A stretch of 64,000 bases of DNA from Candidatus Hydrothermarchaeales archaeon (GCA_036444275.1 JAZGAD010000048.1:18542-82541); one strand, 5' to 3'. Positions 45,455-55,525 are shown, numbered from the stretch's first letter. A program made the numbers and translations. The notes: generated by a model from the letters alone, not told the origin.

Positions 45455-46213
45455 CTAAATAGACTTTAATAAGTCGTATTCCTCTAGATTTTCCTCTTGT
45501 AGGTTTTTTATCTTTTCCAGAAACATTACCCTAATAACATCCTCGTCCCCCTTCGCCCTTATTATGTTGGTGCAGAGTTCGCGCTTCTTTTCATTCTTCT
45601 CAAGTTCGTCCACTTCTTTTAGTGCCTCTAATACTTCACCGAATTCCTCGTCTGTTACATACGCTTGTATACTGATATTCCCAAAGTACATTGCGCTCTT
45701 CTCAAGCTCGTCTTCATCCAACTCTGATAGTCTTTTGATCCTCTTGCCTCGCTCTTCGCTTACCCTGAATCCCCTGTCGATGCACTTGTAGCCCCGCCCC
45801 CTTATCGGCGATATATCCTCAAACTCCGAAGATACAACAACGTTTTCTGGGAACATGCGGCAGTGCAGGGGGCGGACAGAGTAAATCACGCATTTCTCTC
45901 CTTCTAAAAATTCGCAGGGGAACGTGAGCCCTATCGAGGGAATGAACATAGTTGTATATGGTATCCGGTTCCACATTATGTCGCAGTATTCCTCAAATAA
46001 ATCAGAGAGGCTTATGCCAAGGTGCTTTGATATTCTAGCCATATCACCAATGGTTAGCTCAAGGGGCATCCCTTTGTCTGTGCAGCATCTGACACAGCCC
46101 TTGAGGCACATGAATTCGTCCTCGCTCCCCCGTAGCTGGTGCGTCTCGCGGACATGGACCTCGCGTTCCTTCTTCTTCAGTCTCACTCCACAGTAGGGAC
46201 ACGGCCTTTTCAA
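45455..46213 (-). CDS. YkgJ/CxxCxxCC cysteine-cluster protein with N-terminal C2H2 finger
   Basis: CPYC...H...H; CLKGCVRCC; PCEFL...CVIYSVRPLHCRMFP. Confidence 0.85.
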   Translation of the reverse strand: MKRPCPYCGVRLKKKEREVHVRETHQLRGSEDEFMCLKGCVRCCTDKGMPLELTIGDMARISKHLGISLSDLFEEYCDIMWNRIPYTTMFIPSIGLTFPCEFLEGEKCVIYSVRPLHCRMFPENVVVSSEFEDISPIRGRGYKCIDRGFRVSEERGKRIKRLSELDEDELEKSAMYFGNISIQAYVTDEEFGEVLEALKEVDELEKNEKKRELCTNIIRAKGDEDVIRVMFLEKIKNLQEENLEEYDLLKSI

Positions 46214-46224
46214 ACGATACCTCC

Positions 46225-46257
46225 TTTTGGAATATTTTTGGAATATTTTTGGAATAT
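46225..46257. repeat. 3x tandem 11-mer TTTTGGAATAT in a divergent promoter region
   Basis: ttttggaatat-ttttggaatat-ttttggaatat. Confidence 0.8.
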
Positions 46258-46446
46258 CAATAGAATGTATATATGTATAGTTATAGTTGGTTTATTTTTA
46301 TTATGCTAAAATGCCTTAAATCTTCTATTATTAATCATAGCAAATCAAATTTATTAAATTAACTTTAAATCAAAAACTTTATATATATCCACCCTGATAA
46401 AGCTACGCCTAAGAATGATTAAAGATAGACGGAGGTGAGTGAGGTT

Positions 46447-49236
46447 ATGCTGAATATGAAGAGACGTGCATTTATGAAACTAGCGGCAGCTACCACTGCG
46501 GCAGCTGCACTTGGTCCCAGACTCGTCGGCGCAAAGATTGAGCCAAAGTTCCCACAAGGGCATTCTGGTTCTGCGCCTGACCCAGTTGCTGAGAACGTCA
46601 AGATAGTACGCACTGTATGTCTTGGGTGCCACGGTGGCTGTGGCCTACAATGCAAAGTTGTAAACGGCGAACTCGTTAAGATCGATGGAAACCCCTACCA
46701 GCCGAACTGCTACGACTACACAGCAAAAGGCGACATAGTTGTACCTGGGGACCTAGACGCTGGTCCTGGCGGCAAGGATGTAGGTTCTGTATGTCCGAAA
46801 GGCGCAGCAGGTATATACACCCTCTATAATCCGAGGAGACTGAAGCACCCTGTAAGGAGGGTTGGTAAGAGAGGATCCAGGAAGTGGAAGCGCATTACCT
46901 GGGAAACGGCGGTCGACGATATAGTGGACGGAGGCAACCTCTTTGGCGACGGCCACGTTGATGGCATAAAGGCGCTGATGAGCGACGACCCCATAGACGC
47001 CAAGGATTCTGACTACATGGATGAAGCTCCCTCAGGGGGATACGGACCGAAGAGGAACCTATTTACGCAGATGATCGGGAGAGACGAGAACAAGGCGATG
47101 TCAGGACGGTTCATCAAGGATATCGGCTCGAAGAACAAACACGGCCACACGAGTATCTGTGAGACTTCGAACAAGGTAGCCCACGAGTTCATGCAAGGAG
47201 GGTGCTGCCCGAGCATTGACTGGGAGAACTGCACATATGCCTTATTGGCAGGTGCAAACGTCTATGATGCAACATTCGCGGCCCAAAACCAAGCGAGGCT
47301 TGTATCAAAATGGTTCCTTCGAAGACCAGGGACAAAGCTCGTTTACGTTGGACCAAGACAGAATAAGGCAGCAGGCCTTGCCGGAGAATGGGTACCTATC
47401 AAGGCTGCGACAGATAGCGGCTTTGCTTTAGGTATAACAAGGTACATCATAGAGAACAATCTCTACAAAGCAGACTACATCTCAAGGCCGAACAAGGATG
47501 CTGCAACTGCAGCAGGATACAAGACCTGGACTGATCTTACATACCTTGTGAGCGAGACCGAGCCAAAGACCTACAAAATGACGGGCGAGGACCACACAGT
47601 ATCTGCAGGCGGCACGCAGGTAGCTGCTGCAACCGTAACAGGTACTGCTGATCTAGAGGCATCTATACCAGGATACCAGACTGTCTTCACAATGCTCAAG
47701 AACAGGGTAATGGAGCACACTTTGGATTGGTACGATGACTTCTGCGGTATCGAGAGAGGCACCATAGCGAGGATAGCAAGTGAGTATGCAAATGCAGCGA
47801 GACCTGCGATATTCCAATACAGGGGACCATGCCAGCACGCTCATGGTGTATACAATGCCATGGCGCTATGGACCATTGATGTTCTGCTTGATAGGTGGTA
47901 TAGAAAAGGCGGGCATACAATGGGCGGCGGTGGATACCATGGACATGCACATGAAGCAGTGAAGCCTAAGAAGGCTAGCGGCGTGATGATTGACAGGAAG
48001 AAGGCAGAGTACAAGGGCAAGAAGGCGAAGCCGACAAGGCCATGGTTCAAATTTGCGACCCATGGAGCGCAGCAGGAATACTATGGTGGACAGGCAATAG
48101 GCTATCCCTACAAGACCAAGGTCTTGTGGTACGGTGGGAGAGCTAACCCAATCTACACGATGCCTAGACCTCAACCAGTTGCAGAGACCCACAAGAAGAT
48201 ACCGCTGATTGTCATGATGGATCCCTTCATGAACGAGACATCTATGCGCTCAGACTATGTACTGCCAGATGCAACGTATTTCCAGGCATTCGGCTCGATG
48301 CACGGCCATAATGAAGTGTTGACAAAAAATGACGGTATAAGGGTGCCAGTTGTAGGAAGCTTCGACGAACACCACAACTACCGACCTATAGACCCAGACA
48401 CCAGAGAAATAGACGACATATTCATCATGCTGGCGAAAAAGCTCGGCCTACCGAATTTCGGAAAAGGCGGACTTGGCGAGCATGACCTGGACAACGGATG
48501 GGAGTTCTGGAACGACTACTACAGCAACGAAGACTACAAAGGTGGGCTAAGCGGAGATAACCTGACGCTTGCTGGAAAATTCGCAAACCCAGCCAACAAG
48601 TACAAGGGAGACTATGTTGCCAAAGTGCCGAGCAAGTTGATCCACTGCTACATAAGCGACTGGGCAGCCAAGAAGAACTCGCTCTCCGACAAGTACTACG
48701 AGGGACTGCCGAGTGCGAGAAAGCAGTACGATGGCGCTGGCAACGACATACCTGATCAGGCAGACAAGTATCCGTTTGTGATAGGCACCTGTAAGGCGAT
48801 GCAGCATACACAGGGTAGAACTGGGCAGAACCTATGGCTGATGTCCCTTGAGCCTGAGAATCCGATGATGCTGAACCCGGCTGATGGAAAGACGCTCGGC
48901 GTACAGACAGGAAGCTGGGTCAAGGTAGTTGGACAGTCAGAAGACTATGAGCTCAAGGTGAAAGTGACGTTGACAGAGCGCGTAAGGCCTGGCTATGTGG
49001 AGATACCACACGGCTGGGGACACAAAGAACTTGGTGCTACGGATATAGAGATAGACGGGCATGAAGGCGGTGGAATCAAAGGAGATGCACGCATAGCTGC
49101 TGGATGGCAGATGAACTGGCTAACAGGGCACGACCCAGCGCAGTCAGGCGACATAGCGACGATAGCATGCGTAACAGACCCAGTGGGCGGAAGCAGTGTG
49201 ACCTATGCACACAGAGTGAGAATTGAGAGGATATAG
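46447..49236 (+). CDS. Tat-exported molybdopterin oxidoreductase catalytic subunit, TtrA/SrdA/archaeal arsenate reductase clade
   Basis: KRRAFMK twin-Arg; CLGCHGGC-x~50-CPKG; GHTSICE (putative Mo ligand); D.FMNETS..SDYVLPD; C-terminal dinucleotide-binding barrel (HGWGH). Confidence 0.88.
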   Translation: MLNMKRRAFMKLAAATTAAAALGPRLVGAKIEPKFPQGHSGSAPDPVAENVKIVRTVCLGCHGGCGLQCKVVNGELVKIDGNPYQPNCYDYTAKGDIVVPGDLDAGPGGKDVGSVCPKGAAGIYTLYNPRRLKHPVRRVGKRGSRKWKRITWETAVDDIVDGGNLFGDGHVDGIKALMSDDPIDAKDSDYMDEAPSGGYGPKRNLFTQMIGRDENKAMSGRFIKDIGSKNKHGHTSICETSNKVAHEFMQGGCCPSIDWENCTYALLAGANVYDATFAAQNQARLVSKWFLRRPGTKLVYVGPRQNKAAGLAGEWVPIKAATDSGFALGITRYIIENNLYKADYISRPNKDAATAAGYKTWTDLTYLVSETEPKTYKMTGEDHTVSAGGTQVAAATVTGTADLEASIPGYQTVFTMLKNRVMEHTLDWYDDFCGIERGTIARIASEYANAARPAIFQYRGPCQHAHGVYNAMALWTIDVLLDRWYRKGGHTMGGGGYHGHAHEAVKPKKASGVMIDRKKAEYKGKKAKPTRPWFKFATHGAQQEYYGGQAIGYPYKTKVLWYGGRANPIYTMPRPQPVAETHKKIPLIVMMDPFMNETSMRSDYVLPDATYFQAFGSMHGHNEVLTKNDGIRVPVVGSFDEHHNYRPIDPDTREIDDIFIMLAKKLGLPNFGKGGLGEHDLDNGWEFWNDYYSNEDYKGGLSGDNLTLAGKFANPANKYKGDYVAKVPSKLIHCYISDWAAKKNSLSDKYYEGLPSARKQYDGAGNDIPDQADKYPFVIGTCKAMQHTQGRTGQNLWLMSLEPENPMMLNPADGKTLGVQTGSWVKVVGQSEDYELKVKVTLTERVRPGYVEIPHGWGHKELGATDIEIDGHEGGGIKGDARIAAGWQMNWLTGHDPAQSGDIATIACVTDPVGGSSVTYAHRVRIERI

Positions 49237-49247
49237 GAGGTTGAAAG

Positions 49248-49871
49248 ATGGCACAAAAAGTACCGGAATATAGGGAACGTGGAGACTCGGATGTAATACC
49301 TCCAATACAGATAGCGCCCGGAGACAAGTACCAGTTGACACTATGGGTTGACCTAGAGCACTGCACTGGATGCAAAGCGTGCACTATCCAATGCAAAGCA
49401 GAGAACAACACACCGCTCGGCGTGGACTACAATCGCGTAATCTACGTGGAGACAGGGAAGTACCCAAAGAATAAGATGTACTTTGTCCCGATGCCGTGCA
49501 TGCACTGCGGCAAGCCGCCATGTAAGGCTGCATGCCCAGTTAATGCCATATCCAAGAGAGACAAGGATGGCGTTGTACAATTCGACACCGACAAGTGTAT
49601 TGGATGCAGGTACTGTATATGGGCATGTCCCTTTGGAGCACCGCAGTTCAATGCCGAGAAGAAGGTAGCCGAGAAGTGCACACTATGCACCCATCGCACT
49701 ACAGATGCAGATGGAGACCTCACTGGACTTAAGCCTGCCTGCGTAGACACCTGTATAGGCAGGGCGAGGTTCTTCGGTGACATGGGCTCCCTAGCTAACG
49801 TAAAGAAAAACAAGAGAGCGATGAGAGTAGGCGAAGGCGTCGCACCGAGTGTCCTGTATACACCACCATAA
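49248..49871 (+). CDS. Four-cluster Fe-S subunit (TtrB/DmsB/NrfC family)
   Basis: CTGCKACTIQC, CMHCGKPPCKAACP, CIGCRYCIWACP and KCTLC...PACVDTC. Confidence 0.93.
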   Translation: MAQKVPEYRERGDSDVIPPIQIAPGDKYQLTLWVDLEHCTGCKACTIQCKAENNTPLGVDYNRVIYVETGKYPKNKMYFVPMPCMHCGKPPCKAACPVNAISKRDKDGVVQFDTDKCIGCRYCIWACPFGAPQFNAEKKVAEKCTLCTHRTTDADGDLTGLKPACVDTCIGRARFFGDMGSLANVKKNKRAMRVGEGVAPSVLYTPP

Positions 49872-49918
49872 GGAGAGAACTTCTCTCCTTTCTTCTTTTT
49901 TATTTTTATTTTATTCTT
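49870..49918 (+). terminator. Inverted repeat plus T-rich terminator
   Basis: AAGGAGAGAA-C-TTCTCTCCTT followed by long T runs. Confidence 0.75.
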
Positions 49919-49964
49919 GTTCTCAATATTTTTAAGTGGAATTGCCTATTTATTTGAGGAGACT

Positions 49965-50465
49965 ATGAAACATATCATTTTGATAGTTGTATCTCTATTA
50001 GTAATTGGAGGATGCATAAGTGGAGGGGAAGTAGTAGAGACACCCACGCCAAAGACCGATCATGTTGCTACACCTCACCCAGCTGCAACAGCTTTACCTG
50101 ATATTAATACTTCCACACGGGTGCAGGTCATAGAGCCAAGCCTCGTTATTCCTAAATTTGAAGGCAGCAAGACAATTGAATTAAGCCATCTAGAGCCTGT
50201 TCAAATAGGCGGCGCATTGATATACCTCGACTTTGACCCTAAGGACTGCAGTTGCCGCTGGACCTGGGACCTGAGGGTCCTTAGACCCTTGGAGGATGGA
50301 TGGGTATACGAGGGCGAGGTGAGCTACGTTGCAGAGAATGTAGAGCCGTATCAAGACATAACAGATGCTATTCATAGGGAAACAAACGCACTAGATAACT
50401 ACATTATAATAGTAGAGGAGTGGAGCGAAAACAAGCTCAACCTCACCCTCACCTATGAAAGCTGA
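49965..50465 (+). CDS. Lipoprotein of unknown function (full-length member of a three-copy family)
   Basis: MKHII...VIGGC lipobox, Thr/Pro linker, CSC motif; GAGGAG RBS. Confidence 0.8.
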   Translation: MKHIILIVVSLLVIGGCISGGEVVETPTPKTDHVATPHPAATALPDINTSTRVQVIEPSLVIPKFEGSKTIELSHLEPVQIGGALIYLDFDPKDCSCRWTWDLRVLRPLEDGWVYEGEVSYVAENVEPYQDITDAIHRETNALDNYIIIVEEWSENKLNLTLTYES

Positions 50466-50584
50466 CTGTTCTTATTTTTCAGATTTAAACATCACTGGTT
50501 TCTAAAACCATAGTACATCCTTCCATACTCTTCTAACTCTGATCTAATTGTCACTTGTAGCGTTATTTTCAACCTCTATTTATA

Positions 50585-50633
50585 TATCATGAAAAACCAT
50601 GATAAACTTTAAATATCACGAATAACTATGATA
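50585..50633. promoter_or_regulatory. Two tandem palindromic operators, TATCAYG-N6-YATGATA
   Basis: TATCATG-AAAAAC-CATGATA (50585) and TATCACG-AATAAC-TATGATA (50614) flank TTTAAATA. Confidence 0.65.
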
Positions 50634-50657
50634 AATTGTTGCTGGAGGGAATAACCC

Positions 50658-50756
50658 ATGCTGCAAAAGCATATCACAAGACATCAATCCAAGATAGCGT
50701 ATTCAGAGACGCCAGTAGTAGGGAACAGGAAAGTAGATAATAGGCACAAAAATTGA
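50658..50756 (+). CDS. 32-aa leader ORF MLQKHITRHQSKIAYSETPVVGNRKVDNRHKN
   Basis: GGAGG RBS; its TGA overlaps the TTG start of the rSAM gene. Confidence 0.45.
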   Translation: MLQKHITRHQSKIAYSETPVVGNRKVDNRHKN

Positions 50757-51799
50757 ATATTACTCAACTTGTCGAACCATATAGTAGGTGGAGATGGAAG
50801 CGCATCTTCAATGCGCTCCATAGAGACATCTCGAAAAGCGGAGAGGTACCTCCACCATCCAAGATCACTTTCGAGTTAACAGATAGATGCAACCTAAACT
50901 GTCGAATGTGTTTTAGAGAAAAGAAACGTAACGAATTAAGCCCCAAAGAGATAAAAAAGGTCCTCGACAACATAGGGCCTATTAAGGAGATAAGCCTAAT
51001 CGGAGGGGAAATATTCATCAGGAACGACATCTTCGAGATACTGGACTTACTGAATGGAATTAGCATCGTCTTCCATACAAATGGCACCCTGCTGGACGAA
51101 GAGAAGATAGATAAGTTGCGTGGATACAAATTCAGGAGAATTGGCTTTTCTATAGACGGCATGCGATCACTCAACAATAAGATCAGGGGGTCGGACTCAG
51201 CCTTCGAGAGAACCGTGTGGGCCATCAGGTCGATGAATGGTTTCCCGACGGCAGTAAACACCGTGGTTATGAAAGATAACTTAGACCAGTTAGGTGGTGT
51301 CCTAGACCTCGCAAGCAACCTGAATGCGAGAGAATACAGGATAGAACCCGAGATGTTCAGCACAGCGGAAGATGTGAGAGTCTCGGAAGAGATATTGGGC
51401 ACAGGGCACTGCATCGCCACCAAGATCAAGAAGAGCGACGCCTACGATTACCCCTTACAAAGATTCCAGGAGATAAAGGCAGGGTTGAAGAGACAAGCGG
51501 CAAATAACGGGATAAAATTCACCGTCGCCCCGAGGGTAGCAGACATCGATGAGGAGGAATTCTTCTCTGGCCGCATACGAGAAAAGAAGCTATTCTGCAA
51601 GCACCTGCTCGTCCCCAGGATCGACCCCAATGGTAATGTCATATTCTGCCACCTGATTAGAAAGAGGTTCGGCAACCTGCTGGATACGCCTTTAAAGGAG
51701 ATATGGAATTCTACAGAGCTCAGAGAAATCAGGATAAAATTGCTGGAGAACAATTTATTGCCACTCTGCAAGCGTTGCTGCAGGCTACGGAGTATATAA
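50753..51799 (+). CDS. Radical SAM protein with SPASM/Twitch domain
   Basis: CNLNCRMC, GGE, TNGTLL, SIDG; C-terminal C...GNVIFC..FGNL....L.EIW...CKRCC. Confidence 0.9.
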   Translation: MNITQLVEPYSRWRWKRIFNALHRDISKSGEVPPPSKITFELTDRCNLNCRMCFREKKRNELSPKEIKKVLDNIGPIKEISLIGGEIFIRNDIFEILDLLNGISIVFHTNGTLLDEEKIDKLRGYKFRRIGFSIDGMRSLNNKIRGSDSAFERTVWAIRSMNGFPTAVNTVVMKDNLDQLGGVLDLASNLNAREYRIEPEMFSTAEDVRVSEEILGTGHCIATKIKKSDAYDYPLQRFQEIKAGLKRQAANNGIKFTVAPRVADIDEEEFFSGRIREKKLFCKHLLVPRIDPNGNVIFCHLIRKRFGNLLDTPLKEIWNSTELREIRIKLLENNLLPLCKRCCRLRSI

Positions 51800-51964
51800 T
51801 CTAATTCAGCCTAGGGCTTTGCCTACTCTACCAACAAGCATAATAGCAATAGTGGGGAAGGTATTAGTAGGGCTGTTAATGCATTAACCTGCGCGTAGTA
51901 CTACCAGCAATGGAGCATCTAAATTTTTATATACTACAAAAACATTAGCGGTGGTGGTGTAAAA

Positions 51965-52660
51965 ATGGCGAGAGCACATCGAAAGCGGAGTATTGACGAG
52001 ATTTTAGAGCTAGCGGAGAGTAGGGCACAGACATACAAGTTTCTTGCAGCCCTCTACTCCTACGAGCCTCTACCTACGATAGCTAAAAGCATCAAAGACA
52101 AGAGCTTTTTAGACGGCATCTCAGGGGATAGCAAGGGATTTAAGCTCCTGAAGAAATTTGTCGAGGACTCTCAGGGAAACGATAACCTCCTGGAAGACCT
52201 AGAGGTAGAGCACACAGCACTGTTCGTGATCCCGAAGTTCGTAAGGGGCAGGCCATACGAATCATTTTATCTGGATCCAGAGCAGAAGGTCGGGGCCAGG
52301 ATAACTATAGCCGTAAGCGAATTCTATAAGAGAGCTGGTGCAGAGTTTACTTCTGCAATTGACGAGCTCGCTGACTATATTGCCATCGAATTAGAATTCA
52401 TGCATTTCCTGTGCACCAAGGAGAAAGAAGCATGGCAGGCATCTGATAAAGATAAGGCTCTTGGATATCTCTATTTTGAGAGGATCTTCCTTAAAGAGCA
52501 CCTTAGGAGATGGTACAGGGAGTTCTGCGATGATATATACAAGGACGCTACCTCCGACTTCTTTAGGGGTGCTTCAAAGATAACGCGGGAATACTTAGAT
52601 ATCGAGAATAAGGATATAGCGGGGCTAGTATATTCAGCTGAATACTTCAAGGAGAGGTGA
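51965..52660 (+). CDS. TorD/DmsD family molybdoenzyme chaperone
   Basis: PYESFY, ELADYIAIELEFMHFL and FL.EHL..W motifs. Confidence 0.9.
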   Translation: MARAHRKRSIDEILELAESRAQTYKFLAALYSYEPLPTIAKSIKDKSFLDGISGDSKGFKLLKKFVEDSQGNDNLLEDLEVEHTALFVIPKFVRGRPYESFYLDPEQKVGARITIAVSEFYKRAGAEFTSAIDELADYIAIELEFMHFLCTKEKEAWQASDKDKALGYLYFERIFLKEHLRRWYREFCDDIYKDATSDFFRGASKITREYLDIENKDIAGLVYSAEYFKER

Positions 52661-52666
52661 GGTGAA

Positions 52667-53566
52667 ATGGTGTTGGAGAACCTAGATTCCCTTGTAGAGG
52701 AATTAAAAGAAGATGGCTTCTCAAGTATAGATATAGATGGAATATTAGAAGCCCTAAGGGTTGTTTACACTGGTCAAGAGGATACTAAAGGCATAGGCGT
52801 TCCAAAGGTTGATATCGAGGACCTCTATAAAACCAAGTTGGATATCCTATTGCAGAAGGCTCTTGTTTACACAGTACCCCATACAGGTGCTTGGGATTAT
52901 GGGTATAGATGCACTGACAATGGGAATGCAATAGGAGCAGATCTTGCAAAGAGATATATAGAGGAAAATGATGCTGCCTTAAGGAGACTTTTAGATAAAT
53001 ACCCTAAGAAGCTTTTATCATGGTGGATTGAGAATTCATTTGCCAAGACTGATTCAGGGCACTTGACTTCTCGTGCTGCAGAGCTGAGCTTCAAATACGT
53101 AGTGAAGGAACTCATCAAAGCCCTGGATGTACTGGAGATATGCGAGGGGCTAAGAAGGAAACTCGTCACCCTTGGTATAGGGGTAGAGACATACGAGAAG
53201 GATATAACAGTATTTCCGCCAGGATTTGCTGATTTCATGACTGGATATACAGTCAGTTTAAAGGAAGAGACCAATACATACGGTGTATTTACAACCCTCA
53301 AAGACTTCGCGGACCGCAGGATAACACAGAGGGACGACCTTGTAGAGACGCTTTCGAAATACGGATACAACGAAGAAAAGCTTATAGAGCTATTGAATGC
53401 GATGAGCGAGCTCGGTCTTACAACCCCTTATACTAATTATTCCATAGAGGAAAACGCTGGGGAAGAGCCATACAAGGTGCTGGACTATCAAGGATATATT
53501 GGCTACATAGAGGAGATGTTCGCAGTTCCATTCAAGGAATCTCTTATGGAAGAAATAGCACAGTAG
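52667..53566 (+). CDS. Hypothetical acidic protein
   Basis: 299-aa ORF, GAGGTGA RBS, co-oriented and abutting neighbours. Confidence 0.75.
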   Translation: MVLENLDSLVEELKEDGFSSIDIDGILEALRVVYTGQEDTKGIGVPKVDIEDLYKTKLDILLQKALVYTVPHTGAWDYGYRCTDNGNAIGADLAKRYIEENDAALRRLLDKYPKKLLSWWIENSFAKTDSGHLTSRAAELSFKYVVKELIKALDVLEICEGLRRKLVTLGIGVETYEKDITVFPPGFADFMTGYTVSLKEETNTYGVFTTLKDFADRRITQRDDLVETLSKYGYNEEKLIELLNAMSELGLTTPYTNYSIEENAGEEPYKVLDYQGYIGYIEEMFAVPFKESLMEEIAQ

Positions 53567-54316
53567 GTGACGAGCATGGCGGAAAAACGTAGGAAGTACA
53601 TAGGAGTATTAATGGGGGATTCAGAGGTCGGTCCAATAAAGGAGCCACAGTTAATCGTGAGATGGGGGCAGTTTATAGTGAGATATGGGGGCGTGCTAAA
53701 ATCAAAATATCTAGGTCATGCGGTGAACGGTTACTTGGAGAACGGTGGACAAAAGTGCTATGTGGTAAATATGGGGAATGGAGGAATAGAGGACTATATA
53801 GAGGTTCTAGATGCCCTAGATGCAGAGGGCATAGCATATGTGGCTGCTCCAGGGATAACGGACCCAGATATACAGGAGGTATTATTGGAGCACTGCGAGA
53901 AGCATGTGAATATGATAGCAATACTCGACCTGCCAGAGGAGTTTGAAAAGGGGGAAGAAGATAAGGATATGGATATAGAAGAGGTCCTGCCTGTGTCGAG
54001 AGCATCGGATTACCGTCTCTGCTTCTATCCATGGCTATTGGTAAGGGATTACAATGTAGGCGAACTCTATGTACCGCCGAGTGGGCATGCTATGGGCGTT
54101 ATGGTTAGGAATGCTATCAAGCAGCGCACTCTGAATCCTGAGCTCCAGAGAAGCGAGGAGAGCAAGGTCGAAGGGACTATAAAGGCGAAATATAACATAG
54201 AGGGCGAACTCTTGGAACACCTAGCATCTAATGATGTTAAGGTAATAAGCTACGACAATGACCTAGGGATAGGCATCTATCCTAAGAAGGAAAATGAGCA
54301 AGCTAATACTGCCTAG
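53567..54316 (+). CDS. Truncated contractile tail-sheath-like protein
   Basis: GP..EPQLI..W.QF...YG, YLGHAV.GY.ENGG.KCYVV, APGITD, L.EHCE, AILD, YPWL.V.D and VPPSGH motifs. Confidence 0.75.
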   Translation: MTSMAEKRRKYIGVLMGDSEVGPIKEPQLIVRWGQFIVRYGGVLKSKYLGHAVNGYLENGGQKCYVVNMGNGGIEDYIEVLDALDAEGIAYVAAPGITDPDIQEVLLEHCEKHVNMIAILDLPEEFEKGEEDKDMDIEEVLPVSRASDYRLCFYPWLLVRDYNVGELYVPPSGHAMGVMVRNAIKQRTLNPELQRSEESKVEGTIKAKYNIEGELLEHLASNDVKVISYDNDLGIGIYPKKENEQANTA

Positions 54317-54852
54317 TGTATGGATGAGCGTAATACTTCTACTTCTCTTTCTTCAAATGTTCCGACGTTTTCAGCCTCTAGGTCATCCATTATGAAAAAC
54401 GAGCCGTCAGGAGTTTTCATGATCAGGGTATACGAGATGAGGGTTCTGCCTATTGTCTTGTAAATCACATCTACCCCTATGCCTAGGTTTTCTTCTTCAG
54501 CGCTGAAGATCACTACACTACCGGCTGGGCTTTCAGCAAGATCATAGGGAGAGAAATGTAATGAGGGCATTGTTATATTCCTATCCACACTCGTGAGTTG
54601 GATCTCTCCACCCGGATAGTCGAAGCCCCCTTCTTTATACCTCTCCACGAACTGATAAAACCCTGATTGAATATAGTCAGACCTGCCATCACCATCTATA
54701 TCATAGCCTGGAAGTCCGCCTCCCTTAACTCGGATTACGCCGAGCTCACTCCAAGCCGACTTATCTGCAGTTCGAACTTCATTAAATATTAGGTAACCCC
54801 CAATGAGGACTAGAACTGTAACAGCAAATATTAAAGGCTTCTTCATCTGCAT
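54313..54852 (-). CDS. Membrane-anchored hypothetical protein with a DxDGDG motif
   Basis: N-terminal TM; YDIDGDGRSD. Confidence 0.7.
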   Translation of the reverse strand: MQMKKPLIFAVTVLVLIGGYLIFNEVRTADKSAWSELGVIRVKGGGLPGYDIDGDGRSDYIQSGFYQFVERYKEGGFDYPGGEIQLTSVDRNITMPSLHFSPYDLAESPAGSVVIFSAEEENLGIGVDVIYKTIGRTLISYTLIMKTPDGSFFIMDDLEAENVGTFEEREVEVLRSSIH

Positions 54853-54901
54853 CCCCCTATCCTGCTAAAAGGTTATATAATTTTTCATTTAAGTACATTT
54901 A

Positions 54902-55525
54902 ATGGTCCTAAATACTAGGCTAAAGCCATGGAAGATCTCTGTAATCTTATTGTTCTCCGCTATTATGGTGTTCAGCTATACTCAATACCAAGGGCAACGC
55001 CAAGCCTTCCTAGAGACAAGAGCAGGGGATTTGAACTTTGAATTCAAAAAAACGCAGGTACAGGACAGCGAGATGCCAGATATAAAGATTTTTTGGTATA
55101 CAGATGCAGTGTTGATGGATATCCCTATATTAATAACTAATCCAAGGGGCAGAGTTGTAAAGCTGGAGGACGCAGATTTCGAGATTTTCATCTGGGGAAA
55201 GCTCATAGAGCGTAGGAGGATAAAGGGGTTGGAGATAGCGAGAAATAAGACCCTCCTGTTGGAAGACATCAAAATAGAGTCAGACGACTTTGATTGGATC
55301 CTAGCCCAAGCAGGTGCTGCTGCCGAACGCCCAGAGGATGCGACCATAGCTCTGAGGATAGATGTCTATTCTTATTATCCTGTTAAGATAGGGGATATAA
55401 AGCTAGTGAGATCGAAAATAGGGCCTACTAGGATTGAGGGAGATGTATATGTGCGCTTTTTAATGGGCGGGAAAACAATAGACGAAGCTGCTAGACAATT
55501 TGTGCCCTCGGAGCCTGCATCCTGA
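54902..55525 (+). CDS. Membrane-anchored hypothetical protein (LEA_2-like)
   Basis: N-terminal TM, ITNP motif, beta-rich. Confidence 0.65.
   Translation: MVLNTRLKPWKISVILLFSAIMVFSYTQYQGQRQAFLETRAGDLNFEFKKTQVQDSEMPDIKIFWYTDAVLMDIPILITNPRGRVVKLEDADFEIFIWGKLIERRRIKGLEIARNKTLLLEDIKIESDDFDWILAQAGAAAERPEDATIALRIDVYSYYPVKIGDIKLVRSKIGPTRIEGDVYVRFLMGGKTIDEAARQFVPSEPAS

Noticed and set aside
53567-55525. Prophage or complete contractile injection system
   Set aside because: Only a sheath-like fragment is present; neighbours have no phage features.
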